DNA of 64,000 nucleotides, from NCBI GenBank assembly GCA_004764695.1, contig SMSO01000032.1, positions 8,526,483 through 8,590,482 on the forward strand, in the 5' to 3' direction. A program made the position numbers and the translations under genes. Positions 50,886 to 61,283 of the stretch are shown piece by piece (position 1 is the stretch's first letter; each line of letters opens with the position of its first letter). The notes under the pieces are model-generated. The model did no database searches. It saw only the letters and a program-made list of their open reading frames with translations, and had not been told where the DNA came from. This stretch comes from Schizochytrium sp. TIO01 (lineage: Eukaryota; Protista; Bigyra: Labyrinthulomycetes).

Positions 50886-52289
50886 TTAGAAGTCGTCTTG
50901 CGGCTGTGCATCCTTTGTTTGAAAGTGATGATTATCTCGAAATTCTGCATATAAAGTGAAGAGCACATGCAGAGGCTCGATCATACTGTTATAGACAGGA
51001 ATGTCAAGGATAGCACAAACAACTCTGGCGTAGTCCTTAAGGTCAAGGTCAATGTTGGCATCCGGCAACTTGATTTCCTTCATCAGCTGCTCTACTTGTT
51101 CTGGCCACACCTGCATCAGAGATTCAATGTCAGGCATTTGTTTTGTGTAATGAACTTGCGGAGGCGGTTTTGATCTATGGAGATCCTTAATTGAGTCAAT
51201 CCAGTTTTGCACGGCCTTGATATCCTTGTCTGCATTTTCGATTGATCTCACAATCATCGGGTTTTTAACTGATTTTTTACTGATGGCTCGCAGCTGCAAG
51301 TCAAGTACAGTTGCATCAGATTGAGTCGCTGCGGGCTCATCAAGTACTTTAAGACCAAGTTCATCGCGCTCATTATCGGGGCGAGGGACCTTAACAAATG
51401 CATCAATATCACCAACTGCGGGGATATAGTCAGGGATGAAACATCGAAGCTTGGTATCTAGTTCGATGTCATGAGGTTTATAGCGTCCAATGTATTGAAT
51501 TAATTCTTCCACCTCCTTTGAAACATCTAGTTGTGTAAAGTCGCGCGGGTCGAACCCTTCAAATCCGCTACCTTGTCCTGCTCGTCGATTTCCCGTGGAG
51601 TTGGTCATACTACTCTCGTCATCGTCATCATCATCGTCGTCATCATCATCGTCGTCATCATCGTCTCGGTTGTTTCGATTCGCCATTGCCGTCTTACTTT
51701 GTTCTGCAGCACGCTGGGCTGCATTTCGCATACTTGCATCCCCTGCTTCTAGTTTGACCCCATAGTGGCTTCGCTTATTTGGATCGGAGTCATCAGATGG
51801 ATCAGAAGGCTCCTTTTCTTCTCCATGTGATATCTTCATATTTCCAGGGATTTCCTCGTTGTCAGAGAGACCTCCAGCGCCGAGCCCTGGCGAGCTAAGT
51901 GTATTCGGAGGCGAGTCACCACGGTCAATCTCGGCGTCAAGCCGTGGGTTCTTGGGTACATTAATGCTACTGATATCTCTCATCTTCGGCGTGCTCGTCT
52001 CTTCAGTGTCAATACTTTCATCAGAAAAACTTTCATCTAGTTCGATTTGAGCGTCGTAGGGTTGGTTTTCTACTTCACGCAGTTGGAGAGTACCTTTTTC
52101 GTCTCCGCCGTTGACTGGTCTTCGTCGCGGATCTTCTACGCTTTCCGCAAAGGAAGCGTCAAAGTCCGAGTCATCATCTTCATCGTCTTCAACGCCTCCA
52201 TCGCCGTCAAATGACTGACTGCTTGATGAGCTACTTTCGTCAGAATCGTCGTCGTGCATGGCGTCGTAGTTCTGTTTCGTCTCCGCCAT
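50886..52289 (-). CDS. IFT46: Intraflagellar transport protein 46
   Basis: Conserved core YIGRYKPHDIELDTKLRCFIPDYIPAVGDIDAFVKVPRPD..LGLKVLDEP..QSDATVLDLQLR..MPDIESLMQVWP..LHVLFTLYAEF, plus an acidic N-terminal region. First ATG at 52289. Confidence 0.96.
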   Translation of the reverse strand: MAETKQNYDAMHDDDSDESSSSSSQSFDGDGGVEDDEDDDSDFDASFAESVEDPRRRPVNGGDEKGTLQLREVENQPYDAQIELDESFSDESIDTEETSTPKMRDISSINVPKNPRLDAEIDRGDSPPNTLSSPGLGAGGLSDNEEIPGNMKISHGEEKEPSDPSDDSDPNKRSHYGVKLEAGDASMRNAAQRAAEQSKTAMANRNNRDDDDDDDDDDDDDDDDESSMTNSTGNRRAGQGSGFEGFDPRDFTQLDVSKEVEELIQYIGRYKPHDIELDTKLRCFIPDYIPAVGDIDAFVKVPRPDNERDELGLKVLDEPAATQSDATVLDLQLRAISKKSVKNPMIVRSIENADKDIKAVQNWIDSIKDLHRSKPPPQVHYTKQMPDIESLMQVWPEQVEQLMKEIKLPDANIDLDLKDYARVVCAILDIPVYNSMIEPLHVLFTLYAEFRDNHHFQTKDAQPQDDF

Positions 52290-52963
52290 TTTGATTGAAA
52301 TACCTGCCACGCCTGCAGAAGAATTGCCAAGATTGTCTGCTTAGTGTTCTGAAATTTTCTACACTCTGTTAAAGCGGGACAGGGCAGTTATCTGAAGTCC
52401 GCTGCTCACAGCTATTTCTGAAAAGACCTGGTGACTCGCCGTCAAACCTGTAGCCTAGCCCTACACACGGCTCTCCTCTAACACACAAAGTCTTCACGTG
52501 TTTGTAGACCACAAGCTAATTCGAAAAGTCAGTGAACGAGCTCCCCTCTACTTTGCTTTTTTGAACTCTAGGTGATTCTAAACCTGGGCGCCTTATTAGA
52601 AAATTAATTATGTTTCCTTTCAACGGTCAAAATAAGGTACACGCGAATGGGCCTCGTTATATTTTAGACACTATTTGATAAGACTATCTACTAATCCTTA
52701 TAGTAGACATATTTCTACTGATGATTCTTCTAGTAATTGTAGTAGTAGTAAAAAAATAGGGCCTAATACCAATATATTTCTTTTAAAAATATATATACAT
52801 TTATCCTGCGTTACTTTTAGTCCTGATACATTGGGTAATAAAAAGAAATGCATATATTTACCTTGCTATTTTAAAAACACATACGTAAGGGTTCATTTAT
52901 TGATAATCGCATAGCATTTTTGGATTGAAAACAGATATCTTTATATTATTTAGTTCAAGTTTC

Positions 52964-55025
52964 CTAACTCGTGAAAAAGTCTGCAGATACAGATAAGTTG
53001 GTAGTCTCCAATGAGCTCAGAAGTTTTGCCTGGTGTTTCGTTTTAGGAAGCTCGTGGGCAAAAAACCATTGGGACACTATTATTTTGCTATCAAGAAAAG
53101 CAACATCCTCCCGACCTGCACTCTTGGCGAGCCTTGCAGCAGTCTCTGAGACTAATAAGCGCCATGCAATTGTTGTATGGCCAGCCATGTTCAAGTACTC
53201 GTGGGAGTTTGCGAGCATTACATCTGGGTTCACTCGACCAGCATCTGCAAGAATCTTGGTTGTCTCTTCAAGACGAGTAACAGCTTGTGCAAGAAGCCCA
53301 GCTCTCATTGAGAGCTCTTCGGATTCTAAAGAAAGCGCATCTTCAACCGCGATTCGCATTGTGCGTAGCCACACTTGAAAACCACGGCCGCCCTTGAGAT
53401 GCACCTTTCGCCCGAGAAGGTCAATGGATTGAATTGCATTGGTCCCTTCGTGTATCATGTTAAGCCTATTGTCTCTGTAGTATTGTTCAACAGCATAGTC
53501 TCGTGTGTACCCGTAACCCCCGTGGACCTGGATTGCCCATTTATTAGCCTCAAGGGCCCACTCCGAGGGCCAAGATTTAATGATAGGGGTCAGTGTGTCA
53601 AGTAGCATGGATTTGTCCTCGGCTTCTTCTACTGACAGGTGGGCAGGGTCGTGCAGTTCATCCACTAGCATTGAACCCAATAGGCAAAGTGAAATTGCAC
53701 CTTCAGTGTATGCCTTTTGTGCAAGTAACATTCGTTTTACATCAGAGTGTTCAATTATCGGAACTTGACTCGAAGTAGGATCTTTAGCACTTGCAGGGCG
53801 GCCTTGACGACGATCCAGGGCGTAAGCAAGAGATGCAGCATACCCCGCATAGCCCAAAGCCGATGCGCAGATCCTGCTCATACCATCAATCGCCCACACT
53901 TTATTACGTGGTTAGTATTCAGAAACGCACGCATGTGCTGCAAAGAAGCAATCAATTCTCATCACGGAGTTTTGTGAGCGCGCCGTGATCTCTAACTTAC
54001 CCTATCGTAATGCGAGCCTCATTCATCATGAGAAACATGGCCGCAAGACCTTCACCTTCTTTCCCTACCAGCTCACCTATAGACTCTTCATTTTCGCCAT
54101 AATTCAAGACGCAGTTCGTGATACCCCGCCAACCCATCTTCTTGTTCAGCCCAGCAAGTTCGACGCCATTTTTGGGTCCAAGAGAACCATCACTGTTGAG
54201 GCGAAACTTGGGAACAATGAAAAGAGAAATACCCTTTACGCCAGCAGGAGTCTGGTTTGGGTGATCCGGGTTGCTAACTTTCGCCAAAACCATGTGCACG
54301 ATATTTTCTGACAGAGGTTGCTCGCCACCAGAAATCCACATTTTGGTTCCTTTGATTGAGTAAGTTCCGTCTCCACGAGGAAACGCTTTGCAAACAATAT
54401 CCCCAAGACTTGACCCTGCTTGGGGCTCACTGAGGTTCATCGTGCCATAAAACCGTCCTTCCAGCATAGGCAAAAGGTACTTCTCCTTCTGCTTTTGGTT
54501 GCCCACAGCATTCAACATGTTCCCAGCAGCGATGGTGAGAAAAGGAAATGTCGCAGTGCCTACATTTGCAGCGTATATGGGCAAAAGAAGTGCATTAGTG
54601 ATCACCGAAGGCAGTTGCATACCACCCATCTCATAATCGGCGTGGGCACTGAAGAATCCAGCTTCACGGAAGGCTTCTAATGCCGGTTTGACAAAGTCGT
54701 TCATCTTGACTTCACCTCCATCAACGAATTTGGGCTCGTCGAGATCGTTTTTGCGATTATGAGGAGCAAAGTCATTTTCAGCAAGCTTTAAGGCAGTTGC
54801 AAGAGCATCGTCGAACAAGTCTCGCGACGCGTCGCGATAACGAGGTACCTTTTCAAAAAGATTCTTCTCCACATCAAGAACATCAAAAAGCTGAAATCTT
54901 AGGTTCTTTTCGTCCGCGTACAAGTTGATATTTGCAGAGTTCGAGGCCTGTCGAACAAGAGACAGCCGAGCCTGTTTCTGTGTCAAACCTCCAAGTCGCC
55001 TTGAGTTCAACTTAAATAGAAACAT
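52964..55025 (-). CDS. Acyl-CoA dehydrogenase, long bacterial-type (FadE5/DmdC-like clade), 2 exons (55025-54001, 53873-52964; 644 aa), mitochondrial-type presequence
   Basis: Motifs GTMNLSEPQAGSSL, IKGTKMWISGG, KGISLFIVPK, MFLMMNEAR, IQVHGGYGY, YRDNRLNMIHEGTNAIQ. Intron 54000-53874 (GTAAGT..CAG, phase 2) joins EARITIG|ICASALGY. Spliced length 1935 nt. Confidence 0.95.
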
Positions 55026-55938
55026 AGTGTACCTTCAATCGTACGAGGCAATCTGTCCTTTGCACGGTTTGAGGTTTGAATTTCTTAGATTTCACGATTT
55101 CCCGCTGGTGCGAACGGGGCTAGGATTCCATACAATACTTAGAATGACACTCTTACCAAACTTGATCGGACTCAAGATCCTCGCAGGGTAGGTACTAACT
55201 AACCTACAAACTAGTTAGGTAGGTAGTAAGTAGGTATATACACTTACGTTTTACGTTTTTTCTTTTCCTCTTCCCATTTTTTATTTCAAAAGCATAATAC
55301 TAATGATAAAAGACCCTTTAAAATAAAATAAAACTTCTTTTCTAATTAGCAGCAATATTTTAATATTGAAATCACTAAGTCTCCACGGCACAAGCCTTCG
55401 CGAATGTAACCTGTTTTAAGGATACAATAGTAATAAGAAAGTTGAAGTCTCTCGTATACAAAAGAGGAGATAAAGTGGGAAATGGCAAGATGAGATTTTG
55501 GGGGCAACGAGTGGTTTGCTTGCTCAGTAATCCGAAACTAAAAGTATAGGAACTGCAGCAAATGCTTTGGATCAAAGAGGCCAGGTTGTAAGCTCTCAAT
55601 TAAGTAGGCATCTTCGATGTTGGTTTCTAGAACACGGCGCAATGCAATGGCCGAGATAGCATGAAATTGTCTCGTACAATGCCTTTAGCTTGCTGATTAT
55701 TCTTTAAAATAATTAATAAGTGAGAGCAGAAAAGCGCTCTCAATTCCCTCTATGTTCCATGGGTTCTCTGCTGGGTAGCGAGCTGACGAGATCAAAGCAC
55801 GAGTAAAACCTCAACAGGCACGTGAAGAAGAGGAAGGTCTACTGAGAGTGAACAGTGGCTAACCGGACTCAGGTTGAAAGAGAAAGCAGAAGACAGTGAT
55901 CAAATATATATTCCTTTGGGCTCACTGTTGCATGCCAT

Positions 55939-57401
55939 ATGAAGCGCTCAAGAGGATGGAGTTGTGGCGAGTCAAGCGGACTGCAGAACAACTGCGTGGA
56001 TCATGACACCCTCTCCTCTCATGTTGCACTTTTGAGCCTTGTGGACAGGGTTGGGGTGGCTGCGGACAGGAAGACAGCTAGCGTTGACGCTAGAAAGATG
56101 CCGAACACTTGCTCCCAGCTTGCTTCAATGGCTTCACTTTTTGAGGAGCTCTGGCTCAATCGGATTTGTGTATTCTGTTTGGAGGCAGGGGAGCTCGAAA
56201 TTCATGATACTTTGACTAGAGCTAATCTGTCAGCTCTTAATGAAACATTACGCATCCCTGTGCATCTGAACTGCAAACGAAGCTCCTACTATATGGATAT
56301 TCTCAAGCCTGGTTTCAAACAACGTGCTTCTAACTGTCTCAAGCTAGCTAAGGTGTACACGGCAATAGGGCGAAACGCCTTGGCCAGCACCTATGTTGCA
56401 TGGGTTCGGAATAGCCGAATGCATCAGTTTAGCTCAGGAGATTCGTATTACGTCTGTCTCGTTAACTTGGAGCGCGGCGAACTTCAGCGCGAATACATTG
56501 CAGAAGACATGAGCAAATTGCCATTTCTTGTACAAGTTGAAGAAATGTGCAAAAAGCTTAAAACTCGTACTAGAAAATTGCAAGCCTACCTAGACAGCTA
56601 CAATGGTATAGCTGCTAGACATTTTGTTGAGGGTTTTCCCCATGTAGTACCTTTGGATTTAAGTAGATTCAAAAGCCTGGGTGACATATTAAGCTTCACG
56701 AAGCCATATGCTAGTACAGGCTCTCGCGACCTAGCTCCGTTCTTTCGACGCACTCAGCGAAAACATCAACTGCAACAGTCCTTTGCAACTCCTGAGATGC
56801 CTCCAGTCTTTGAAGCTCTCTCACAAAAAGGATGCATCAATATATTGCAGTTTATTGTTATACGAATCTCATACCGGATGCTTGTTCAGCTTTACGAACC
56901 GAGGTCGATCATAATAGGTCGCTTTACGCAGACCTAGAGGGTGAGCGAAACATTCCTACATTGCTGGTAACTCACCAAAGCAATCTCAATAAAATCATAG
57001 AGGGTTTGATCCACTCAGTACCTCCATTTTTATCAACCTTTGAGATAAATTGGGAGAGCTTGAAAATCGACGAGAGGGCTGCTGTCACCAAGCTATTTTA
57101 TATCATACAAGCAATGCACTTCCGGAACCATGATTTGTCCAAGTTCATCTATAGCGCCGATTGTTCATTCCAAAGCGAGTGTGAATTTTGTAGTATGGCT
57201 GTGGATGCATTCAAACAAGTGCCAAAGTCTTCAATTGTAAACAGAGTGAACACAGCCTGTCAAGTGATCATCAAAAAGCTTGCTGAAAGGTCCCAGAGCT
57301 ATTGCTCCCCAACATGGAGCTGGCAACCTCCAGCACATTTCATAAAGTTAGCTCTCCGGAAACGTAAAAAGGATACTACATCCCAACGTTATGCAAGTTA
57401 A
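55939..57401 (+). pseudogene. Frameshifted coding locus (ORFs 55939-56937 and 56832-57401); weak resemblance to eIF3 subunit L
   Basis: Two overlapping same-strand ORFs; one extra A in the A5 run at 56825-56829 would fuse them into ~487 aa. Could be an assembly indel, a cryptic intron or a pseudogene. The family call is tentative. Confidence 0.5.
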
Positions 57402-58350
57402 TATACCAATCACTTCAATACGTTCCCAACTATTCCCACGCTTTTTGTCACCTGTGACCATGCTTTAAATTTACGATCGTCCTGAAGATAGTACCTACCT
57501 ACCTTCAGCACACTGCGCTCTACCGTCCATCTACCTCGTGGCACCATTGTCTTCAGCATTTTAAGACTACCTCTCAGCGTATGGTAATGGCATTCGCTAG
57601 TCCCTGCATCAGCAGAGCTTAGAAAAAAAACAACCAGCTCGAACGCATCTCGCAGCCTCACGTTCTCCGCCCTCTTTGTTCCGTTCTCGTCCCACCACGG
57701 CTTCAGAAATGCTGCGCCAGAAGACCCCTACACATCTCGGAGCGCTCAATGTCCTACCCAACTCTCTTCAGAATCGGCGATAATCAAGTCACAGCATTGC
57801 ACTCCCGATCTCCGAATCGTAGCCTGAATCGATTTCAGAATCCCGCGCATAGATGAGAGCACTGGACACCGTACAGATTAATTAAAAGCCGCGACTCAAA
57901 GACAATTCTTCAGACTTGTTCTTGAGGGCCAAAGGATGCCTCGAGCGGCGTGGGTGTCGCGACCTGCAAGGTGTTTGCGTTTGGGCCATTTGAAACCCTT
58001 GGATGCTCCGAGTTTGTTGTGGACGGTTCCACATTCATTGCATGGCTTTGAAGCGCAGTCCTCTCGGCAAACAACCAGTTTCACCTGTCAGGCTTCAATG
58101 GCACAGCGTTTCTTCGTGCTGGTTCTTTCCATTCCCACCTGAAGAGCCGCTATGTCCTGTCTGATCCGCCTGGGTTCCTTGATGGTTCCTTGATGGAACA
58201 GAGAAGTGTTCGCGGAACAAAGGTGAGTGAGCAAAGCGGCGGCGAAAGTCAATCAAAACCAAAACAGAAATAGAAATCTCCCAGGATCCCCGGAACTGGT
58301 TGAGATAAAAGACTGGATTGCTTTGTGAAGATCTGCGTGAGTGACTAAGT

Positions 58351-60402
58351 ATGATGAAGACGAACAACCCTGGAAGAACCTGGATGATTGAGGTGAACGA
58401 TGCGGTGGTGAAATCGTTTAGCATACAAGATGAGTCCATAACCATGGACGAACTTCGTGCCCAGGTCGTGGAGGGCCTTGGGTCGAAGGCTCAAGTTCCC
58501 GATGGTCTTGCTATTCGAACGGGGATGCAGAGACTCACTCCTGTGGAATCTGACGAGGCCCTTCGTGAGCTCCTCGCGAACTTGCCCAACTTTACCGTAG
58601 TGGTCCCGGTATATACTGCTAATGCAGAACACTTAGCCGAAGCTACGGCGACGTCAACTACCTCTTCGTCGGGTGTAGACGCCACTGCTGAATCTTTATC
58701 TGAAGGATCGCAGCATGTATCAAAGGTTGTTGCTGATGACCTAGATGAGAACATGATGACGGACGATGAAGATGAGGATGGTGATGACAGCGATGATGCA
58801 TACATGGATCAGGACCGAGCAGCCCTTGAGGATGAGCGCGCTGAGCGCATAATTGCGACAATTACGAGCGATGATTCCTCTGTTGACGTTGCCAGCAGCG
58901 TGGCCAAGTTTGATTCTCTCTTTCCTGACACCGAAACCAAGGTGAGCTTTCTCCTTTTTGCGGTTCGAAACAAACGTAAGCGCCTTGCTCGACTTGGAAT
59001 GGATTTATCGAACGCCCGAGAAATGTCGTACAAAGAAGCGACAGTCTATGAGGATGCTATTCTGAAAGCTCTCTCGCCAGATGAGATCGTGCTCGCCCTT
59101 CTCACGTATCGTGTGAAGCCCATGAAGCTACGCCGTACTGGCCTTTCCCGTCTTGGTTTCGTCATGAAGGAAGTCAAAATAAAGCGCAAGCTCGCCGGAG
59201 GCAAGAAGGGCCATAAGATGAAGAAATTTAAGGACGGACGGGGCTTCTATGGTATGCATCATCATGGACCTCCGCCACCCTTTGGCGGGCCCCAGCCATG
59301 GGGCTATGGAGGCCCAGGTCCCCTGCAACATCCTGGTTTTCACCACGGTCCTGCACACCACTTTGGAGGTGGCATGATGTATCCAGGCCACTTTGGTCCT
59401 GGAGGTGGTCGGGGTGGACCTTGGGAGCGTTACAATGAATCCACTGAAGATAGCAAACGTTTCTCCGAAACTGGGGACAACGAAGGTAACTCTAGTCCGG
59501 ATTGGGGCTGGGGTCGCCCCGGCTTCTTTGGTGGTCGTGGAGGCCGTGGAGGTCGCGGAGGCCGTGGAGGTCGTGGTGGTCGTGGAGGACCATTTGGTCC
59601 TCCTCCCCCACACGCAGGTCCCTTCGGGGCGCCTCCTCCACCTCCACCTCCACCTCAACCTACTTCTGAAGGTGGAGATGCCAAAGGAGACAGTGAAAAG
59701 AGTTCTACTGGTGATGGACCTTATGGAGGTCCTCCAGGAAACTGGTGGGGACCCGGCCCATTCGGTTTCGGAGGCCGTGGTCCTCATGACCATCACTTTG
59801 GTCATCATCCGTTTGGCCACCACGGACCACACCACCACTTTGGCCATCCTGCTCCTCCACCTCACCGCCGCTTTAGCGATCGCGATGGATTCGACAATGG
59901 GGAAGGCAATGAATACGGCCAATGGGGCCCTTGGGGCGGTCGCGGAGGTCGTGGTTGTGGGCGCGGAGGTAGACCTCGTGTTCGTGGCCGTAATAACCAC
60001 CCTGGCGAAGCCAAGAAGATGGCTCGCTTCGTTGCGCACAAGTCAATCCCTGACGGCACTGAGATTAGTCCCTTGGCAACTTTCTGTAAGAAATGGCGCA
60101 TTCGTAACGATGCCAATGCTCCATGGCCAGGCCCTGCCAGCATTGTAACCATTGGCGGAGATGACCTAACGACAAAGGATACCAAGGCCATTCGCATTGG
60201 CCCCCTTGGCCCTGGTGAGGAAGGCGAGGTGGAAATTTCCCCTTTGCAAGCTCCTTTGAAAGCGGGTCTCTATAAGTCTTTCTTCAGACTTGAGGGCGAT
60301 AATGGTCGCCTCGGCCAACGTCTATGGTGTGAAATCCTTGTACCTGAGGGCGACAAGAACCAACAATGGACCGAAGTGTCTGCCAGTGACGCTAAGCAGT
60401 AA
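58351..60402 (+). CDS. NBR1-like protein: PB1-like N-terminus, G/P/H- and RGG-rich low-complexity region, FW (N_BRCA1_IG) domain, terminal AIM/LIR-like motif
   Basis: FW signature ARFVAHKSIPDGTEI.P...F.KKWRIRND...WP..LQAP..AG.Y.S.FRL....GQRLWCEI.V. The N-terminal ~85 aa follow a PB1-like pattern. WTEV lies near the C-terminus. Confidence 0.85.
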   Translation: MMKTNNPGRTWMIEVNDAVVKSFSIQDESITMDELRAQVVEGLGSKAQVPDGLAIRTGMQRLTPVESDEALRELLANLPNFTVVVPVYTANAEHLAEATATSTTSSSGVDATAESLSEGSQHVSKVVADDLDENMMTDDEDEDGDDSDDAYMDQDRAALEDERAERIIATITSDDSSVDVASSVAKFDSLFPDTETKVSFLLFAVRNKRKRLARLGMDLSNAREMSYKEATVYEDAILKALSPDEIVLALLTYRVKPMKLRRTGLSRLGFVMKEVKIKRKLAGGKKGHKMKKFKDGRGFYGMHHHGPPPPFGGPQPWGYGGPGPLQHPGFHHGPAHHFGGGMMYPGHFGPGGGRGGPWERYNESTEDSKRFSETGDNEGNSSPDWGWGRPGFFGGRGGRGGRGGRGGRGGRGGPFGPPPPHAGPFGAPPPPPPPPQPTSEGGDAKGDSEKSSTGDGPYGGPPGNWWGPGPFGFGGRGPHDHHFGHHPFGHHGPHHHFGHPAPPPHRRFSDRDGFDNGEGNEYGQWGPWGGRGGRGCGRGGRPRVRGRNNHPGEAKKMARFVAHKSIPDGTEISPLATFCKKWRIRNDANAPWPGPASIVTIGGDDLTTKDTKAIRIGPLGPGEEGEVEISPLQAPLKAGLYKSFFRLEGDNGRLGQRLWCEILVPEGDKNQQWTEVSASDAKQ

Positions 60403-60743
60403 AATAGCTCTGCTTTAAACTCATGGGTATCATTATGTTCTTCGTCAAATCAAATGATATAGTATTACAACACTCAATACTCCCATGCATGCTTTAACCT
60501 ATAATAATATTTTTCTGAAGAAAGTTAAAAACTAAGAAAAATCCTTAGAATACTTTATATGATCTAATTAATTTGAACCCTTGACGTTGGAACTCCTGGA
60601 TATTTCCTCGCATCCTATTATGTTCTTTAGGAAATGCTTTCTGTTTCCCAGCTATCTGAGGGTATGCAAATGGTCGAATGAACCGACGCTTCCAAATTAA
60701 TATGTATTATAGCCTTCTTCATCATGAAGGCATTCAATCAGAC

Positions 60744-60817
60744 AACAAAATATTATTATTTGATAAACATCAAGGTCTTAAACAAAATATTATTATTTGA
60801 TAAACATCAAGGTCTTA
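60744..60817. repeat. Perfect 37-bp tandem duplication
   Basis: aacaaaatattattatttgataaacatcaaggtctta at 60744-60780 and 60781-60817. Confidence 0.95.
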
Positions 60818-61283
60818 AATCAACCAAAACCTTCTTGGAAAATGATGTTATAGAACAGAACTGATCTTCTATCCTACACAAATCATATAAAAGAAAAGGC
60901 AGCTGAAAACATTGTAGATGACACAATGTTTAACCAGGATACTATAGGAGGGAGTGACTCAATCGGGTTTAGCTGTTAGCAAGAGCTATTTTGTGGGAAA
61001 CCTAACTAATGTGGAGTATTTTTGTGCAAGAACGGCAATGTCAACGGAAATCCAGAAGAAAATATGGTTTTCAATTTCAAAAATTAAGCAGGTGCCGGGC
61101 CCCCCGCTTTAGGCGGTGGAAGAATTTGTGGAGATAATAGAAAGGAGCACCATTAAAACGCTAGTTCCCCAAGTCGTTTGTGCATGCTGCTTACACGAGA
61201 ATCGTTAGATGTCCACTTTCTTGCAGATTGTACGATGCAAATGTACGGTAGATACTACGTAGCTAGAAATAGTCTTGTTAAAT

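Noticed and set aside
59128-60148. Long alternative-frame and antisense ORFs (303 aa, 251 aa)
   Set aside because: Shadows of the GC-rich, Gly/Pro-biased NBR1-like coding sequence.
35726-60402. Functional cluster of lipid-catabolism, gluconeogenesis and ROS genes (SKL protein, FBPase, CybB, ACAD, NBR1-like)
   Set aside because: Interspersed with unrelated genes such as IFT46 and RCC1-BTB, mixed orientation, and no evidence of co-regulation in the sequence.
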